The notes beneath the pieces were generated by a model that was given only the letters and a program-made list of their open reading frames with translations, was not told where the DNA came from and made no database searches. Position numbers and translations under genes: made by a program. From a virus (taxonomy: Duplodnaviria > Caudoviricetes), in IMG/VR virus record IMGVR_UViG_3300029448_000391, positions 1 to 25,635 of that record: a stretch of DNA of 25,635 nucleotides. One strand, 5' to 3'. This document shows positions 24,412 to 25,635 of the stretch, piece after piece. Positions within the stretch are counted from its first letter, which is position 1; each line of letters opens with the position of its first letter.

Positions 24412-25573
24412 AGAAGAGATTATTGAAAAACTCAGAAAGCAAAAAGGATGGTTAAAGAAAGGAGCGCAGTGGTTAGCTGACAAATGGGAGGTAGATATTG
24501 CTATTATTAAAGATTGTAAAAAACTTGTAACTTCTGAAGAGTGGGTACAAGAACGTATGAACAATGATAATGGTCATGAGCTTAGTGAAAGTCAAGCTTT
24601 TACAAAACATTTGTTAGATAATGGTTTAACAATGGCAGATGTAAAGTCTGTTAAATTTTGGCAAAACTTTAATGGTGAACAACGTTATAGTATAGTAACA
24701 CATAACCAGTGGCATGAACAGCCCCAGGTTAAAGATGAGCTACTAGATTATATAAAGAATAGATCTGCTAAAGTGGCTAAGATTAAGTATACAAAACCAA
24801 AAGATCCTGTGTTGTATGAAATATCATTACCAGATATACATTATGGTAAAATTACTGATGAGCCTTTTGATGCTATAGAAAAACATTACATGCAAGCTAT
24901 TGTAGATTTACATAGAAAAGCAGATGGTTTAAATATAGAGAGATTTTTATTACCGGTTGGTAATGATGGTTTAAACTCAGAAGGTATGAGTAGAGCTACA
25001 ACTAAAGGTACACCTCAACAAGATAGTATGCGATGGCGTCAATCTTTTAGAGGATACTGGCATTTAGTTACAAAAGCAATTGATTATTTAACACAGTTTG
25101 CCCCGGTAGATGTAGTTGTAATACAAGGTAATCATGATTTTGAGCGTATGTTCTATGTAGGAGAAGTTTTAGATGCTTTATATCATAATAATAAGAACGT
25201 TAATATAGACAATGGTTTAGATTCACGTAAATATTATGAGTATGGTATAAACATGATAATGTTTACACATGGAGATAAAGAAAAAGCACAAGAGTTACCA
25301 CTCTTAATTGCTACAGAACAACCTGCTATGTGGAGTAGATCTAAAGTTAGGGAAGTACATTGTGGACATAAGCATAAAGAAATGCTTAATGAATACATGG
25401 GAACTAAAGTTAGGTTTATACCATCTATTTGTGCTAACGATGCTTGGCATAAAACACAGGGTTATGTAGGAACACTTAGATGTGGACAGGCTTTTATATG
25501 GAGTAAGAATAGAGGGCTGGAAGGGTACCTCCAAACAAACGTCATGAATTATGGCCTGGAAAAGGAGAGGTAA
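24404..25573 (+). CDS. Calcineurin-like metallophosphoesterase with N-terminal extension
   Basis: PDIHYG, VGNDG, QGNHD, THGD, CGHKH. Confidence 0.85.
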   Translation: MDREEIIEKLRKQKGWLKKGAQWLADKWEVDIAIIKDCKKLVTSEEWVQERMNNDNGHELSESQAFTKHLLDNGLTMADVKSVKFWQNFNGEQRYSIVTHNQWHEQPQVKDELLDYIKNRSAKVAKIKYTKPKDPVLYEISLPDIHYGKITDEPFDAIEKHYMQAIVDLHRKADGLNIERFLLPVGNDGLNSEGMSRATTKGTPQQDSMRWRQSFRGYWHLVTKAIDYLTQFAPVDVVVIQGNHDFERMFYVGEVLDALYHNNKNVNIDNGLDSRKYYEYGINMIMFTHGDKEKAQELPLLIATEQPAMWSRSKVREVHCGHKHKEMLNEYMGTKVRFIPSICANDAWHKTQGYVGTLRCGQAFIWSKNRGLEGYLQTNVMNYGLEKER

Positions 25574-25635
25574 ATCTAAAGTAAAGAATGCTAAGAAATC
25601 TAGCTACAAAGGTTTAGACTTTAAATCTAATTTAG
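25551..25635 (+). CDS. N-terminus of probable PD-(D/E)xK endonuclease (DUF1064/endonuclease I-like), truncated
   Basis: MAWKRRGKSKVKNAKKSSYKGLDFKSNL... resembles the basic leader plus G..F.S.LE motif. Only 28 codons visible. Confidence 0.5.
   Translation, partial: MAWKRRGKSKVKNAKKSSYKGLDFKSNL

Noticed and set aside
15615-25534. Minus-strand track ORFs 15615-15851, 17476-17820, 18508-18723, 18975-19187, 19360-19560, 20160-20471, 25304-25534
   Set aside because: Antisense to supported plus-strand genes, with no motifs or expression signals.
1-25635. Stop-codon reassignment (TAG or TGA), known in some crAss-like phages
   Set aside because: All core genes are full length in the standard code, and TAA, TAG (portal, SET) and TGA (HU-like, dnaB) all act as stops at tight gene junctions.

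Overview
AT-rich fragment of a tailed dsDNA phage genome with crAss-like (Crassvirales-type) gene content and order. The host is most likely a Bacteroidota bacterium, judged from TTTG-N20/21-TAnnTTTG promoters and A-rich ribosome-binding regions without Shine-Dalgarno motifs. The left arm (1-13265, minus strand) is the packaging/head module: GroES, small DNA-binding proteins (wHTH, Cys-rich, HU/IHF-like), putative small terminase, terminase large subunit, an inserted SET-domain gene, portal, a 912-aa modular protein, an acidic scaffold-like protein, the major capsid protein and the truncated next conserved gene. The right arm (13739-25635, plus strand) holds small early genes and the replication module: family A DNA polymerase, SF2 helicase, initiator-like protein, DnaB-like helicase, Sak4-like ATPase, SSB-like protein, primase, metallophosphoesterase and the start of a nuclease. 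The standard genetic code is used. The most notable unexplained items are (1) a 912-aa head-module protein made of zincin-like, lysozyme-like and Cys-motif modules separated by repeated xxGG motifs (candidate processed polyprotein cargo), (2) a ~250-nt densely base-paired non-coding element with its own promoter at the divergence point, (3) a family of long intergenic stems and an H-type pseudoknot leader in the early arm, and (4) a shared bipartite late-promoter motif. All calls come from motif reading by eye; no database searches were run.
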